A stretch of DNA of 64,000 nucleotides from Candidatus Nomurabacteria bacterium (GTDB taxonomy: Bacteria > Patescibacteriota > Minisyncoccia > Phycocordibacterales > UBA9973). This document shows, in pieces, positions 27,365-35,903 of this stretch. Under the pieces are notes generated by a model that was not told where the DNA came from, ran no database searches, and was given only the letters and a program-made list of their open reading frames with translations. Both the position numbers and the translations under genes were made by a program. How positions within the stretch are numbered: the first letter of the stretch is position 1; each line of letters starts with the position of its first letter. The stretch covers positions 65,957 through 129,956 of the forward strand of contig JAPLXR010000007.1 of the NCBI GenBank assembly GCA_026395955.1, given 5' to 3'.

Positions 27365-28780
27365 ATGATAAAAACACGCAGTTTCGCGCGTCCGGCTTCG
27401 GCTCGACCGCATGCTCCTTCTGCTCGCCCTGCGAGAAGTGGAGCAGGTCACTCACATAGTGCACCACGTCACGCTAGTAGCGGGGCAGTTTCTCATCGTC
27501 CAGCAGCTAAACCAGCTTTTGGAACTCCTGTCCGCCACGTTACACATAGTGTTAGTAGCGGAAGACCTCATTCTGCTCCATCTGGAGGCAGAGCTTTTGG
27601 CAGTAACAGACCTAGTTTTAAAGGACGAGGTAATTTCGGACCAAAGAGAGGTGCTGGAGGAAAAAGATTTGGTGGAGAGAGAATAGATTATTCTCGCTTT
27701 ATTAAAAAAGCAGTAAAAGTAGAAGAGAAGCCATATGTTTCAAAACATACTTTTTCTGATTTTCCTTTTGATGCAGTTATTCAGAGAAATATCGCAAAGA
27801 AGGGTTACATTCATCCTCGCCCTATTCAAGACCAATCAATTCCTTCAGTTATTGCAGGTAAAGACGTTTTCGGTATGGCAAATACAGGACAAGGAAAAAC
27901 TGCAGCATTCTTACTTCCACTTATAAATAAAGTAATGAAAAACAAAGAAGAGAAAGTTCTGGTACTTGCTCCTACTCGTGAACTCGCAATGCAAATCGAA
28001 GAAGACCTTCGCTCTATGGCATCTGGTTCAAAACTTTTTGGAGTTTGTGTTGTTGGTGGTATGCCAATCGACAAACAAATTCGTGAAATAAAACACGGAG
28101 TATCTTTCGTTATCGGAACTCCAGGACGTGTAACTGATCTTATAAAAAGAAAAGTTCTCGACCTCGCTCCATACAAATCTATCGTTCTCGATGAAGCTGA
28201 CCGTATGTTAGATATGGGATTCCGCGACGATATGGTTTTCATTTTAGGAAAATGTGCAGAGCAAAGACAAACTCTTTTCTTCTCTGCTACTCTTTCTCCA
28301 GAAATTAAGAAACTTACAGAAAAATTCTTGAAAGATCCTATCTTTATATCTGTTATGACAGGGGAGACTTCAAAAAATATTGATCAAGATGTTGTTAAAT
28401 TTACTTCAAAAGAAGATCGTTTTGATAAGCTTGTAGAAGTTTTGAAAAAAGATGGTTCTGATAAAGTTCTAATCTTCCGCGAAATGAAACATGCTTGTGA
28501 TACTATTACAAAAGAACTTTCTGACGCTGGTTTCAAAGTTGGTTGTATTCACGGCGACAAACGTAGCCGTGATCGTATTCGTACTTTGGATTTATTCAAG
28601 ACTGATAAAATAAATATCCTTGTTGCGACAGACGTCGCAGCCCGTGGACTCGATATTCCAGATGTAACTCACGTTATCAACTATGATATCCCACAAACTT
28701 ACGACACCTACGTTCACCGTATCGGTCGTACAGGCCGTGCAGATAAAAAAGGAACTGCATTAACTTTTGTTCCTCAATAA
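27365..28780 (+). CDS. DEAD-box ATP-dependent RNA helicase with GC-rich, Arg/Ser/Pro/Ala/His-rich N-terminal low-complexity extension
   Basis: Q-motif region, Walker A (ANTGQGKT), DEAD (LDEAD), SAT and HRIGRTGR motifs. The first ~110 aa are low-complexity and encoded by conspicuously GC-rich DNA. Confidence 0.85.
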   Translation: MIKTRSFARPASARPHAPSARPARSGAGHSHSAPRHASSGAVSHRPAAKPAFGTPVRHVTHSVSSGRPHSAPSGGRAFGSNRPSFKGRGNFGPKRGAGGKRFGGERIDYSRFIKKAVKVEEKPYVSKHTFSDFPFDAVIQRNIAKKGYIHPRPIQDQSIPSVIAGKDVFGMANTGQGKTAAFLLPLINKVMKNKEEKVLVLAPTRELAMQIEEDLRSMASGSKLFGVCVVGGMPIDKQIREIKHGVSFVIGTPGRVTDLIKRKVLDLAPYKSIVLDEADRMLDMGFRDDMVFILGKCAEQRQTLFFSATLSPEIKKLTEKFLKDPIFISVMTGETSKNIDQDVVKFTSKEDRFDKLVEVLKKDGSDKVLIFREMKHACDTITKELSDAGFKVGCIHGDKRSRDRIRTLDLFKTDKINILVATDVAARGLDIPDVTHVINYDIPQTYDTYVHRIGRTGRADKKGTALTFVPQ

Positions 28781-28793
28781 AGAATTTTTAAAA

Positions 28794-28825
28794 ACACCCT
28801 ACTTTACAAAGTAGGGTGTTTTTGT
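28794..28825 (+). terminator. rho-independent terminator after helicase
   Basis: Hairpin acaccctactttacaaagtagggtgt followed by a T-run. Confidence 0.7.
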
Positions 28826-28866
28826 TATAATATATTCAGAAATAATTCTTTAAATATAAATTAATT

Positions 28867-29586
28867 ATGGTAGTAACAACTAAAAAAGTATCCACTGTTG
28901 TGGATGAATTCTATACAGAAATTGAAAACATGATGAAACGTACAAGTGAATTCTGTAAAGATGGTATCGGACATGTAACTGTCGATCAAGCTGTATTATT
29001 TAGTGAGAGATATGGTATATGTACTCATCCGCAGTATTACATACTTATTCTTGATTTGAGTTTTCATCTTGATAGAAAGTACCAACGCACTCATTATATT
29101 CTTAATGCAATTATTAATGATAAGGAGTTTCAAAAAGCGGGGATTTATTGGGCAAATGTATTGCGACATGTTGCGTACCGGTATCAAAAAGATTTAACTG
29201 ATAATTTTTTTGAACTACATCCGGTAATAAAGAAATCTCTAGAAATGCGTTTGACTGAAAGTGAAAACAAAAAAAAGTTATTATTTTTATCTATTGGTTG
29301 GATGTTGTGGATACAGCATGCGATACCTTCTACTAAAAGGATTGGAGGAAGCACTGGTCACAAATATTATAGTTACTGGGATCAAGCAGAATACTTCATT
29401 ACTTTTTTGCCGGTAATAAAGAGACATGTACAAATGTTTAAAGAAGCCTTGTTTGCTGATTTAGCAGAAGACACAATGGATTCTGAAGATTGGGAATATG
29501 CTGCAAAAAAAGCCTTCGCTGATTTGAGTGAATACAATGATTTAATGTTCGAACCACTAATTAAAGATATAAAAAAAAGAAAGTAA
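28867..29586 (+). CDS. hypothetical protein
   Basis: 239-aa ORF between two terminators. No recognisable motifs. Confidence 0.3.
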   Translation: MVVTTKKVSTVVDEFYTEIENMMKRTSEFCKDGIGHVTVDQAVLFSERYGICTHPQYYILILDLSFHLDRKYQRTHYILNAIINDKEFQKAGIYWANVLRHVAYRYQKDLTDNFFELHPVIKKSLEMRLTESENKKKLLFLSIGWMLWIQHAIPSTKRIGGSTGHKYYSYWDQAEYFITFLPVIKRHVQMFKEALFADLAEDTMDSEDWEYAAKKAFADLSEYNDLMFEPLIKDIKKRK

Positions 29587-29588
29587 TA

Positions 29589-29616
29589 AAAGCCCCAAAT
29601 GGGGCTTTTTTGTTTT
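29589..29616 (+). terminator. rho-independent terminator
   Basis: Hairpin aaagccccaaatggggcttt followed by a T-run. Confidence 0.7.
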
Positions 29617-29642
29617 ATAAAAATATAGGGTATACTTTAGTC

Positions 29643-30815
29643 ATGAAAGATAAACAAATTGAGAAACTTATAAAATTAGAAGGTAAAAGACAAAAAAGTG
29701 TTATTAATTTAATCGCCTCAGAAAATTATGTTTCCAAAGATGTTTTGGAGGCTCTCGGTTCTGTACTTACAAATAAATATGCCGAAGGGTATCCAGGACG
29801 AAGATACTATGGAGGAAATGAAATTATAGATAAAGTAGAAACTCTCGCTATTACTCGCGCACTCAAACTTTTCAAATTAAAATCAGACGCATGGCATGTG
29901 AATGTTCAGCTTCTTTCTGGAAGTCCTGCGAACTTCGCATTGTACTCTGCTCTCGTACCGATCGGTGGAAAAATAATGGGAATGAAATTAACTTCTGGTG
30001 GACATCTCACACACGGACATCCACTTTCTATGACAGGTAAACTTTGGAAACCAATTCAATTCGAACTCGATCCAAAAACAGAAGTCATCGATTATGATGC
30101 AATTAAAAAATTAGCAATACAAGAAAAGCCAGATATTATCGTCGCTGGTTTTACCGCATATCCACGCGTTGTTGATTTTAAAAAGTTTCGAAATATTGCT
30201 GATAAATGCGGAGCATTATTACATATCGACATGTCACATTTTGCAGGACTCGTAGCAGGGGGAGCGTACCCATCTCCATTTCCATATGCAGACAGTGTTA
30301 TGACTACTACTCACAAATCTCTCCGTGGTCCGAGACAAGCAATTCTTTTTGTAAAAAAAGATGAACGTAGTTTTGATAAAAAATTAGACAAGATGGTAAT
30401 ACCTGGACTCTTTGGTGGTCCACATGAAAATAATATTGCCGGAGTTGCGATCGCACTAAAAGAAGCCGACACTCCAGCTTTTAAAAAATACGCAAAACAA
30501 GTTGTAAAAAATGCACAAACACTAGCAAAAGAATTACAACGCCTAGGATGGAAAATAGTTTCTGGTGGTACTGATTCACACTTGATATTGATGGATACTT
30601 TTTCTTCAAATGGTGTGACAGGTAGTGATGCTAGTAAAAAGCTTGAAAAAGCAGGGATAATAGTAAATATGAATACTGTACCAGGAGACACACGTTCTGT
30701 TATGGATCCTTCTGGTATTCGACTCGGCACTTGTGCAGAAACGACGATTGGGAAAAAGGAAAAAGATATGATTAAAATAGCACAGAAGATGAATAAAGTT
30801 TTGAGAGGGAAATAA
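29643..30815 (+). CDS. glyA: serine hydroxymethyltransferase
   Basis: NLIASENYVS, the PLP-lysine region TTTHKSLRGPR and the overall SHMT pattern. Start set at MKDKQ (29643) because the tracked start overlaps the upstream terminator. Confidence 0.85.
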   Translation: MKDKQIEKLIKLEGKRQKSVINLIASENYVSKDVLEALGSVLTNKYAEGYPGRRYYGGNEIIDKVETLAITRALKLFKLKSDAWHVNVQLLSGSPANFALYSALVPIGGKIMGMKLTSGGHLTHGHPLSMTGKLWKPIQFELDPKTEVIDYDAIKKLAIQEKPDIIVAGFTAYPRVVDFKKFRNIADKCGALLHIDMSHFAGLVAGGAYPSPFPYADSVMTTTHKSLRGPRQAILFVKKDERSFDKKLDKMVIPGLFGGPHENNIAGVAIALKEADTPAFKKYAKQVVKNAQTLAKELQRLGWKIVSGGTDSHLILMDTFSSNGVTGSDASKKLEKAGIIVNMNTVPGDTRSVMDPSGIRLGTCAETTIGKKEKDMIKIAQKMNKVLRGK

Positions 30816-30818
30816 TTT

Positions 30819-31688
30819 ATGAAAATTCCAACAAAAAAATTAAATACTGGATTTGAAATGCCTGTATATGGGCTTGGTACTTGGCAAATGGGTGGAAGAG
30901 AAAATCATGATCTTGCAAATGATGATGACAAAGATATTCAAGGGATCAAAGATTCTATTGCTAATGGTATAACCCATATAGATACAGCAGAAAAGTATGC
31001 AGATGGATATACAGAAATTATAGTTGGTAAAGCAATAAAAGAATTTGATCGTTCTAAGATATTTTTAGTTTCAAAAGTAAGAAAAGAAAATTTAAAATAT
31101 AATGATGTTATTAACGCTTGCAAGAAAAGTTTAGAAAGATTGCAAACTGATTATTTGGATCTTTATTTAATTCATTTTCGTAACCTTGGAATTTCTTTAA
31201 AAGAAACAATGCATGCTATGGATTCTTTAAAAGAAAGTGGTTTGATAAAAAATATTGGGGTTTGTAATTTTACCAAAGAAAGTTTAGCTGAAGCACAAAG
31301 TTATACAAAAAATAAAATTGTTTGTAATCAGGTTCATTACAATTTAATATTTCGAGAACCTGAAAGGAAAGGGCTTGTTGAATATTGTCAAAATAATGAT
31401 GTATTTCTAAGTGCTTGGCGACCAATTCAGAAAGGAGACTTATTAGAAAATATTCCCCCGATTCTTTCTGATATGTGTGATAAGTATAAGAAAACTCCAG
31501 CACAGATTGCTATTAATTGGCTTATTTCTCAACCCTATGTAATCACAATATCAAAGACTAATAATCATGAACACCTTGAAGATAATTTAGGTACATTAGG
31601 TTGGGAAATGCAAAAAGAAGATATAGAAAAACTGAGAAATGAATTTCCAAATCAAAAAGATATTTCAGATGCTGTTCCATTGGGGTAA
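30819..31688 (+). CDS. aldo/keto reductase family oxidoreductase
   Basis: GLGTWQMGG...HIDTAEKY...LDLYLIHF AKR signature motifs. Confidence 0.75.
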   Translation: MKIPTKKLNTGFEMPVYGLGTWQMGGRENHDLANDDDKDIQGIKDSIANGITHIDTAEKYADGYTEIIVGKAIKEFDRSKIFLVSKVRKENLKYNDVINACKKSLERLQTDYLDLYLIHFRNLGISLKETMHAMDSLKESGLIKNIGVCNFTKESLAEAQSYTKNKIVCNQVHYNLIFREPERKGLVEYCQNNDVFLSAWRPIQKGDLLENIPPILSDMCDKYKKTPAQIAINWLISQPYVITISKTNNHEHLEDNLGTLGWEMQKEDIEKLRNEFPNQKDISDAVPLG

Positions 31689-31697
31689 AAATATTTT

Positions 31698-32108
31698 ATG
31701 ACTAAAGATAGGAAAGAACAAAAAACTCATCTCGCTATCTGTACTGAACCATTTTTGTCACTGATGTTGAATGGTAAGAAAAAGGTTGAATCAAGATTTT
31801 CAAAAAATAAAATAGCACCGTATGAAAAAGTTTCAAAAGGCGATTCAGTTTTACTGAAACGTTCAGGTGGTGGAATAGAAGGTTTTTTCGTTGTACAGAA
31901 AGTTTTATTTACTGAAATTAAAAATAAAAAAGATTTAGATAGATTGAAAAAGGAGTACTCTAAGCTTATTTGCTCAGATATAGATTCAAAATTTTGGCAA
32001 AAGAGAATTATCGCAAAATATGCTACATTTATATGGATAGGGAAAGTTTCTATTAAAAAACAAATTATAAAAACAACAGGACGTAGTGGTTGGAGAATTT
32101 TAAAATAA
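31698..32108 (+). CDS. ASCH/PUA-like domain protein (hypothetical)
   Basis: 136 aa. A small beta-barrel-like pattern resembling ASCH domains. Weak call. Confidence 0.3.
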   Translation: MTKDRKEQKTHLAICTEPFLSLMLNGKKKVESRFSKNKIAPYEKVSKGDSVLLKRSGGGIEGFFVVQKVLFTEIKNKKDLDRLKKEYSKLICSDIDSKFWQKRIIAKYATFIWIGKVSIKKQIIKTTGRSGWRILK

Positions 32109-32112
32109 ATTT

Positions 32113-32523
32113 ATGAAGATATTTATCTGCACAAGTAAACATTTATATAGTCAGATTCCTCCTATAAAAGAATCTCTTAAAAAAAGTGGTCACATCATAA
32201 CTCTACCAAATAGTTATGATAACCCTTTGAAAGAGCAAGAAATGAAAAATGTAGGAATTGCAGAACATTCAAAATGGAAAGGAGAGATGCTTCGACTTCA
32301 AAAAGAAAAAGTTAATATGAATGATGCAATTTTAGTTTTAAATTTTGAAAAGAATGGACAGGCGAATTATATTGGAGGAGCTACATTTTTAGAAATTTAC
32401 ATGGCTTTTGAATTAGGTAAAAAGATATTTTTGTATAATCCAATTCCAGAAAGCTTTTTAAAAGATGAATTATTAGGAATGAATCCTCTTATTATTAATG
32501 GTGATTTAGGATTGATTGTTTGA
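32113..32523 (+). CDS. hypothetical protein, possibly nucleoside 2-deoxyribosyltransferase-like (flavodoxin-like) fold
   Basis: 136 aa. GGATFLEIYMAFELGKKIFLYNP loosely resembles the NDT/DNPH1 superfamily. Context within the deoxynucleotide gene block. Confidence 0.25.
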   Translation: MKIFICTSKHLYSQIPPIKESLKKSGHIITLPNSYDNPLKEQEMKNVGIAEHSKWKGEMLRLQKEKVNMNDAILVLNFEKNGQANYIGGATFLEIYMAFELGKKIFLYNPIPESFLKDELLGMNPLIINGDLGLIV

Positions 32524-32569
32524 TGTTATTATGGTATTTTAATAAAAACAATCTTTAAAATAAATAGTT

Positions 32570-33574
32570 ATGAAAAAAGGAATATTAGTTACAATAATGG
32601 GTATTAATAATGTGGGTAAGACGACTCAAATGAATCTTCTTGAAAAGATGTTTATTGAAAAAGGTTTGAAATTTCAACCTTTAAAATACCCAATCTATAA
32701 ACTAGAACCAACCGGTCCAAGAATTTTTGCTTGTTTAAAAGAAGGAAATCCTGAAGGATTAACTCCAATAGTTTTACAAACTTTATGTGCTGAAAATAGA
32801 AAAGATTTTGAACAACAAATGCAGGAACTACTGTTAGAAAATGATGTTGTTGTCGCTGAAATGTATACTGGTACAGGTATTGCTTACGGTATGTGTGAAG
32901 GTGTGTCAAAAGAATATCTGCTTGAAGCAAATGAAGGAATTTTAGTGCCAGATGTTTCGATTTTACTTGATGGTAAACGTTTTTTAGAAAGTGTAGAAGC
33001 AGGACATCGTTTTGAAAATGATGATGTAAAGTCAGAATTTGCTCGTCAGGTACACTTAGAACTTGCGAAAGATTTGAATTGGAAAGTTATAGATGCAAAC
33101 CAAACTATTGAAGAAGTTCACCAGCAAATATGGAATGAGATTTCTAAACACTTATTTCCTCATCCCAAAATATATTTTGCAGGATCAATACGCGGTGGAA
33201 GAGATGATAAAGATATTTATGCTGAAATTATTTCTTTACTAAAAAAATACGGTCCAGTACTAAGTGAACATATTGGTGATAAAAATCTTTCAAGTCAGGG
33301 TCAAACGTCAATGACGAATAAAGAGATTTATCAAAAAGATGTTAATTGGATTAATGAATCTGATATTATCATTGCTGAAGTTACTAATCCATCACTTGGT
33401 GTTGGATATGAATTAGGACTTGCTGAATCTCTTAAAAAGAAAATTATTGCCTTATACAGAGTAGTAGACGGTAAAAGACTTTCTGCAATGGTGGCAGGAA
33501 ACAGTAATATTACTTGCATAGAATACACCGAAGTTTCTGAATTAGATAAAATATTTGAAGAAATGTTTAAATAA
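32570..33574 (+). CDS. fusion protein: N-terminal dTMP-kinase-like P-loop kinase + C-terminal DNPH1/Rcl-like (2'-deoxynucleoside 5'-phosphate N-hydrolase / nucleoside 2-deoxyribosyltransferase superfamily) domain
   Basis: N-terminal part: P-loop IMGINNVGKTTQ, YTGTGIAYG and PDVSILLDGKRF, as in thymidylate kinase. C-terminal part (from about 33150): KIYFAGSIRGGRDD...DIIIAEVTNPSLGVGYELGLAES matches the DNPH1/Rcl motif. Confidence 0.55.
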   Translation: MKKGILVTIMGINNVGKTTQMNLLEKMFIEKGLKFQPLKYPIYKLEPTGPRIFACLKEGNPEGLTPIVLQTLCAENRKDFEQQMQELLLENDVVVAEMYTGTGIAYGMCEGVSKEYLLEANEGILVPDVSILLDGKRFLESVEAGHRFENDDVKSEFARQVHLELAKDLNWKVIDANQTIEEVHQQIWNEISKHLFPHPKIYFAGSIRGGRDDKDIYAEIISLLKKYGPVLSEHIGDKNLSSQGQTSMTNKEIYQKDVNWINESDIIIAEVTNPSLGVGYELGLAESLKKKIIALYRVVDGKRLSAMVAGNSNITCIEYTEVSELDKIFEEMFK

Positions 33575-33594
33575 TTTTTTGTTACGTAACAAAA

Positions 33595-33624
33595 AACCCG
33601 AGCTATCTCGGGTTTTTATTTTTC
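33595..33624 (+). terminator. rho-independent terminator
   Basis: Hairpin aaacccgagctatctcgggttt followed by a T-run. Preceded by the 22-nt palindrome ttttttgttacgtaacaaaaaa. Confidence 0.7.
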
Positions 33625-33647
33625 CTATAATTATGTACAATGAAAAC

Positions 33648-34070
33648 ATGCAGTTTAAGATTAAAAAATTGAAAGAAGGTGCGAAATTACCTAGTTATGC
33701 AAACCCGGGGGATGTTGGTATGGATTTGTATTCTATGGAAAATGTTACTTTGGCTCCTATGGAACATGCTATTTTAAATCATGGTTTTGCTTTAGAATTC
33801 CCTGAAGGATACGGAGGTTTTGTTATGGACAAGGGAAGTATTTCAAAAGCAGGGCTCAAAGTCATGGGTGGGGTATATGATGCAGGATATAGAGGCGAAT
33901 ACAATACACATCTGGTTAATTTGTCTGATAAATCATATACTATCGAAGTAGAAGATAAAGTTTCTCAACTAGTTATCACTCCTGTCGTGATAGGCGAGAT
34001 AGAGGAGGTGAATGAACTTTCAGAGTCTGTTCGCGGAGAGGGTAGATATGGTTCAACTGGTAGAAAATAA
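33648..34070 (+). CDS. dut: dUTP diphosphatase
   Basis: MQFKIKKLKEGAKLPSYANPGDVGMDLYS and GYRGEYNTHLVNLSDK dUTPase motifs. Start moved downstream of the terminator. Confidence 0.8.
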   Translation: MQFKIKKLKEGAKLPSYANPGDVGMDLYSMENVTLAPMEHAILNHGFALEFPEGYGGFVMDKGSISKAGLKVMGGVYDAGYRGEYNTHLVNLSDKSYTIEVEDKVSQLVITPVVIGEIEEVNELSESVRGEGRYGSTGRK

Positions 34071-34133
34071 GATCTCACCCCCAACCCCTCTCCTTATAAA
34101 GGAGAGGGGCGCCGGGATGGAATACACAATATA

Positions 34134-35839
34134 ATGAAACAAAAAATAATAAATTTAATAAAAGATGCTTTGAATAAACTCGAAATAGGTGAGGTGAATT
34201 TTGTCGTGGAACATCCAGAAGATTTCAAGAATGGAGACTATTCTACGAACGTAGCGATGGTTTGTGCGAAGCAATTGAAAATGAATCCACGTGAACTTGC
34301 AGAAAAAATTTCTGCAGAAATTATGAAGCACCCCCTCCGGCTTTCAGTCACCTCCCCCTTAGCTAAGGGGGAGGGCTGGGGTGGGGGTGTTGAAAAAATA
34401 GAAGTCGCCGGCGCAGGGTTTATAAATTTCTATATTTCAAAAGAATATTTTCAAAAAGAATTAGCAAATATAATAACTTTAGCTGATAAATACGGATCCT
34501 CAGATTTAAATAAAGGAAAGAAAATTTTAGTTGAACATTCTAGTCCGAATTTATTTAAGCCATTTCACGTCGGGCATATGATGAATAATGCTATCGGTGA
34601 ATCTATTACTCGACTCGCACATTTTTCTGGTGCGGAAGTAAAAGCTATTTCTTTCCCGTCTGATATTTCTCTCGGAGTAGCTAAAGCAATTTTTATAATT
34701 TTAGAAAAACAAATTGATGGTCAAGTTTTTAAACCAGTAGACATCGTTGTATTAGGTGATGCTTATGTAGAAGGAACGAAGAGATACGATGACGATGAAT
34801 CTAAAAAGACTCTCCAGAATTCAGCGCTTTTGTCGCTTGTAAAGAATTCAATATGGAATATTTTAAAAATATTACAAAACGTCTCGGTTCAGAATTTGAT
34901 GGATATATTTACGAGAGTGAGGCTGGTATCATAGGTAAAAAAATGGTTTTAGAAAATACTCCTGCTATTTTTACCGAGAGTGAAGGCGCCGTCGTTTATA
35001 TTCCAGAAGAAACAAAAAAATACATAAATACTGCAGTGTTTATAAATAGCCAAGGCAACCCAACCTATGAAGCTAAAGATTTAGGTTTACTCGATTTGAA
35101 ATTTGAAAAATATAATCCTGACCTTTCTATTTTTATTACAGACCATCAACAGATCTCTCATTTCGCTGTCGTTCTCGATGCCGTAGAAAAAATAAATAAA
35201 AGCTGGGTAGAGAGAAGTATTCACCGAACACATGGACGTATGACATTCAAGGGACAAAAGATGTCTTCACGTCTCGGGGGAGTTCCACTCGTTGCTGATA
35301 TTTTAGAGACAGTCCTTGCTGAAGTTTTTGAACGCACAAAAAATAGAGATACTGTCGATACACGTGAGAATCCAGAAGCTATCGCCGTCGGCGCTCTCAA
35401 GTTCGCTATCCTCCGTGCTCAAGCAGGAAAAAATATCGACTTTGATCCAGAGACTTCACTTTCTTTCGAAGGGGATTCAGGTCCATATTTACAATACACT
35501 GGTGTCCGTGCAAATTCTGTTTTGGAAAAAGCTGGAAAAATTTCTGCAGAAATTTTTCCAGCAACAACTTTCTCAGACACACCAACCACTGATGTAGAAA
35601 AAATACTTGCTCGTTTCCCAGAAGTCGTTGAAAATTCTATCAATAACTGGGCTCCACATTATGTAACGACATATCTATGTGAATTGGCTCAATCATTCAA
35701 TAGCTGGTATGCACATACTCAAATTATCGATGAAGCTAATCCAAATATGAATTACAATTTAGCTATCACTAAATCAGTTGCCCAAGTAATGCAAAACGGC
35801 TTGTACCTCCTCGGTATTACTCTCCCAGAACGTATGTAA
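34134..35839 (+). pseudogene. argS: arginyl-tRNA synthetase, interrupted by an apparent frameshift near 34840-34856 (ORFs 34134..34934 and 34853..35839)
   Basis: ORF1 has the ArgRS N-terminal domain and HIGH region (PNLFKPFHVGH). ORF2 continues in the +2 frame with the ArgRS catalytic and DALR anticodon-binding parts. Alignment with the E. coli ArgRS segment KRYDEDEE...ITYDRLNV places the frame switch in an A-rich tract (gtaaagaattcaatatgg). ORF1 also carries an in-frame insertion of a GC-rich palindromic element (34328-34376). Confidence 0.6.
34328..34376. repeat. GC-rich palindromic mini-element copy 1 (inside argS CDS, in frame)
   Basis: gcaccccctccggctttcagtcacctcccccttagctaagggggagggc. 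Contains the perfect 24-nt palindrome cctcccccttagc/gctaagggggagg. A related copy lies at 46395-46434. Confidence 0.6.
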
Positions 35840-35903
35840 AACTTGCTAGGCAAGACCTAGCAAGTAAATAGTTTTCCACAGAACATCTTGAAAAAATAGG
35901 GTA

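Noticed and set aside
33555-33647. Long N-terminal extension of dut starting at 33555
   Set aside because: The extension overlaps the Tmk-DNPH1 stop, a 22-nt palindrome and a rho-independent terminator. dUTPase homology begins at MQFKIKK (33648).
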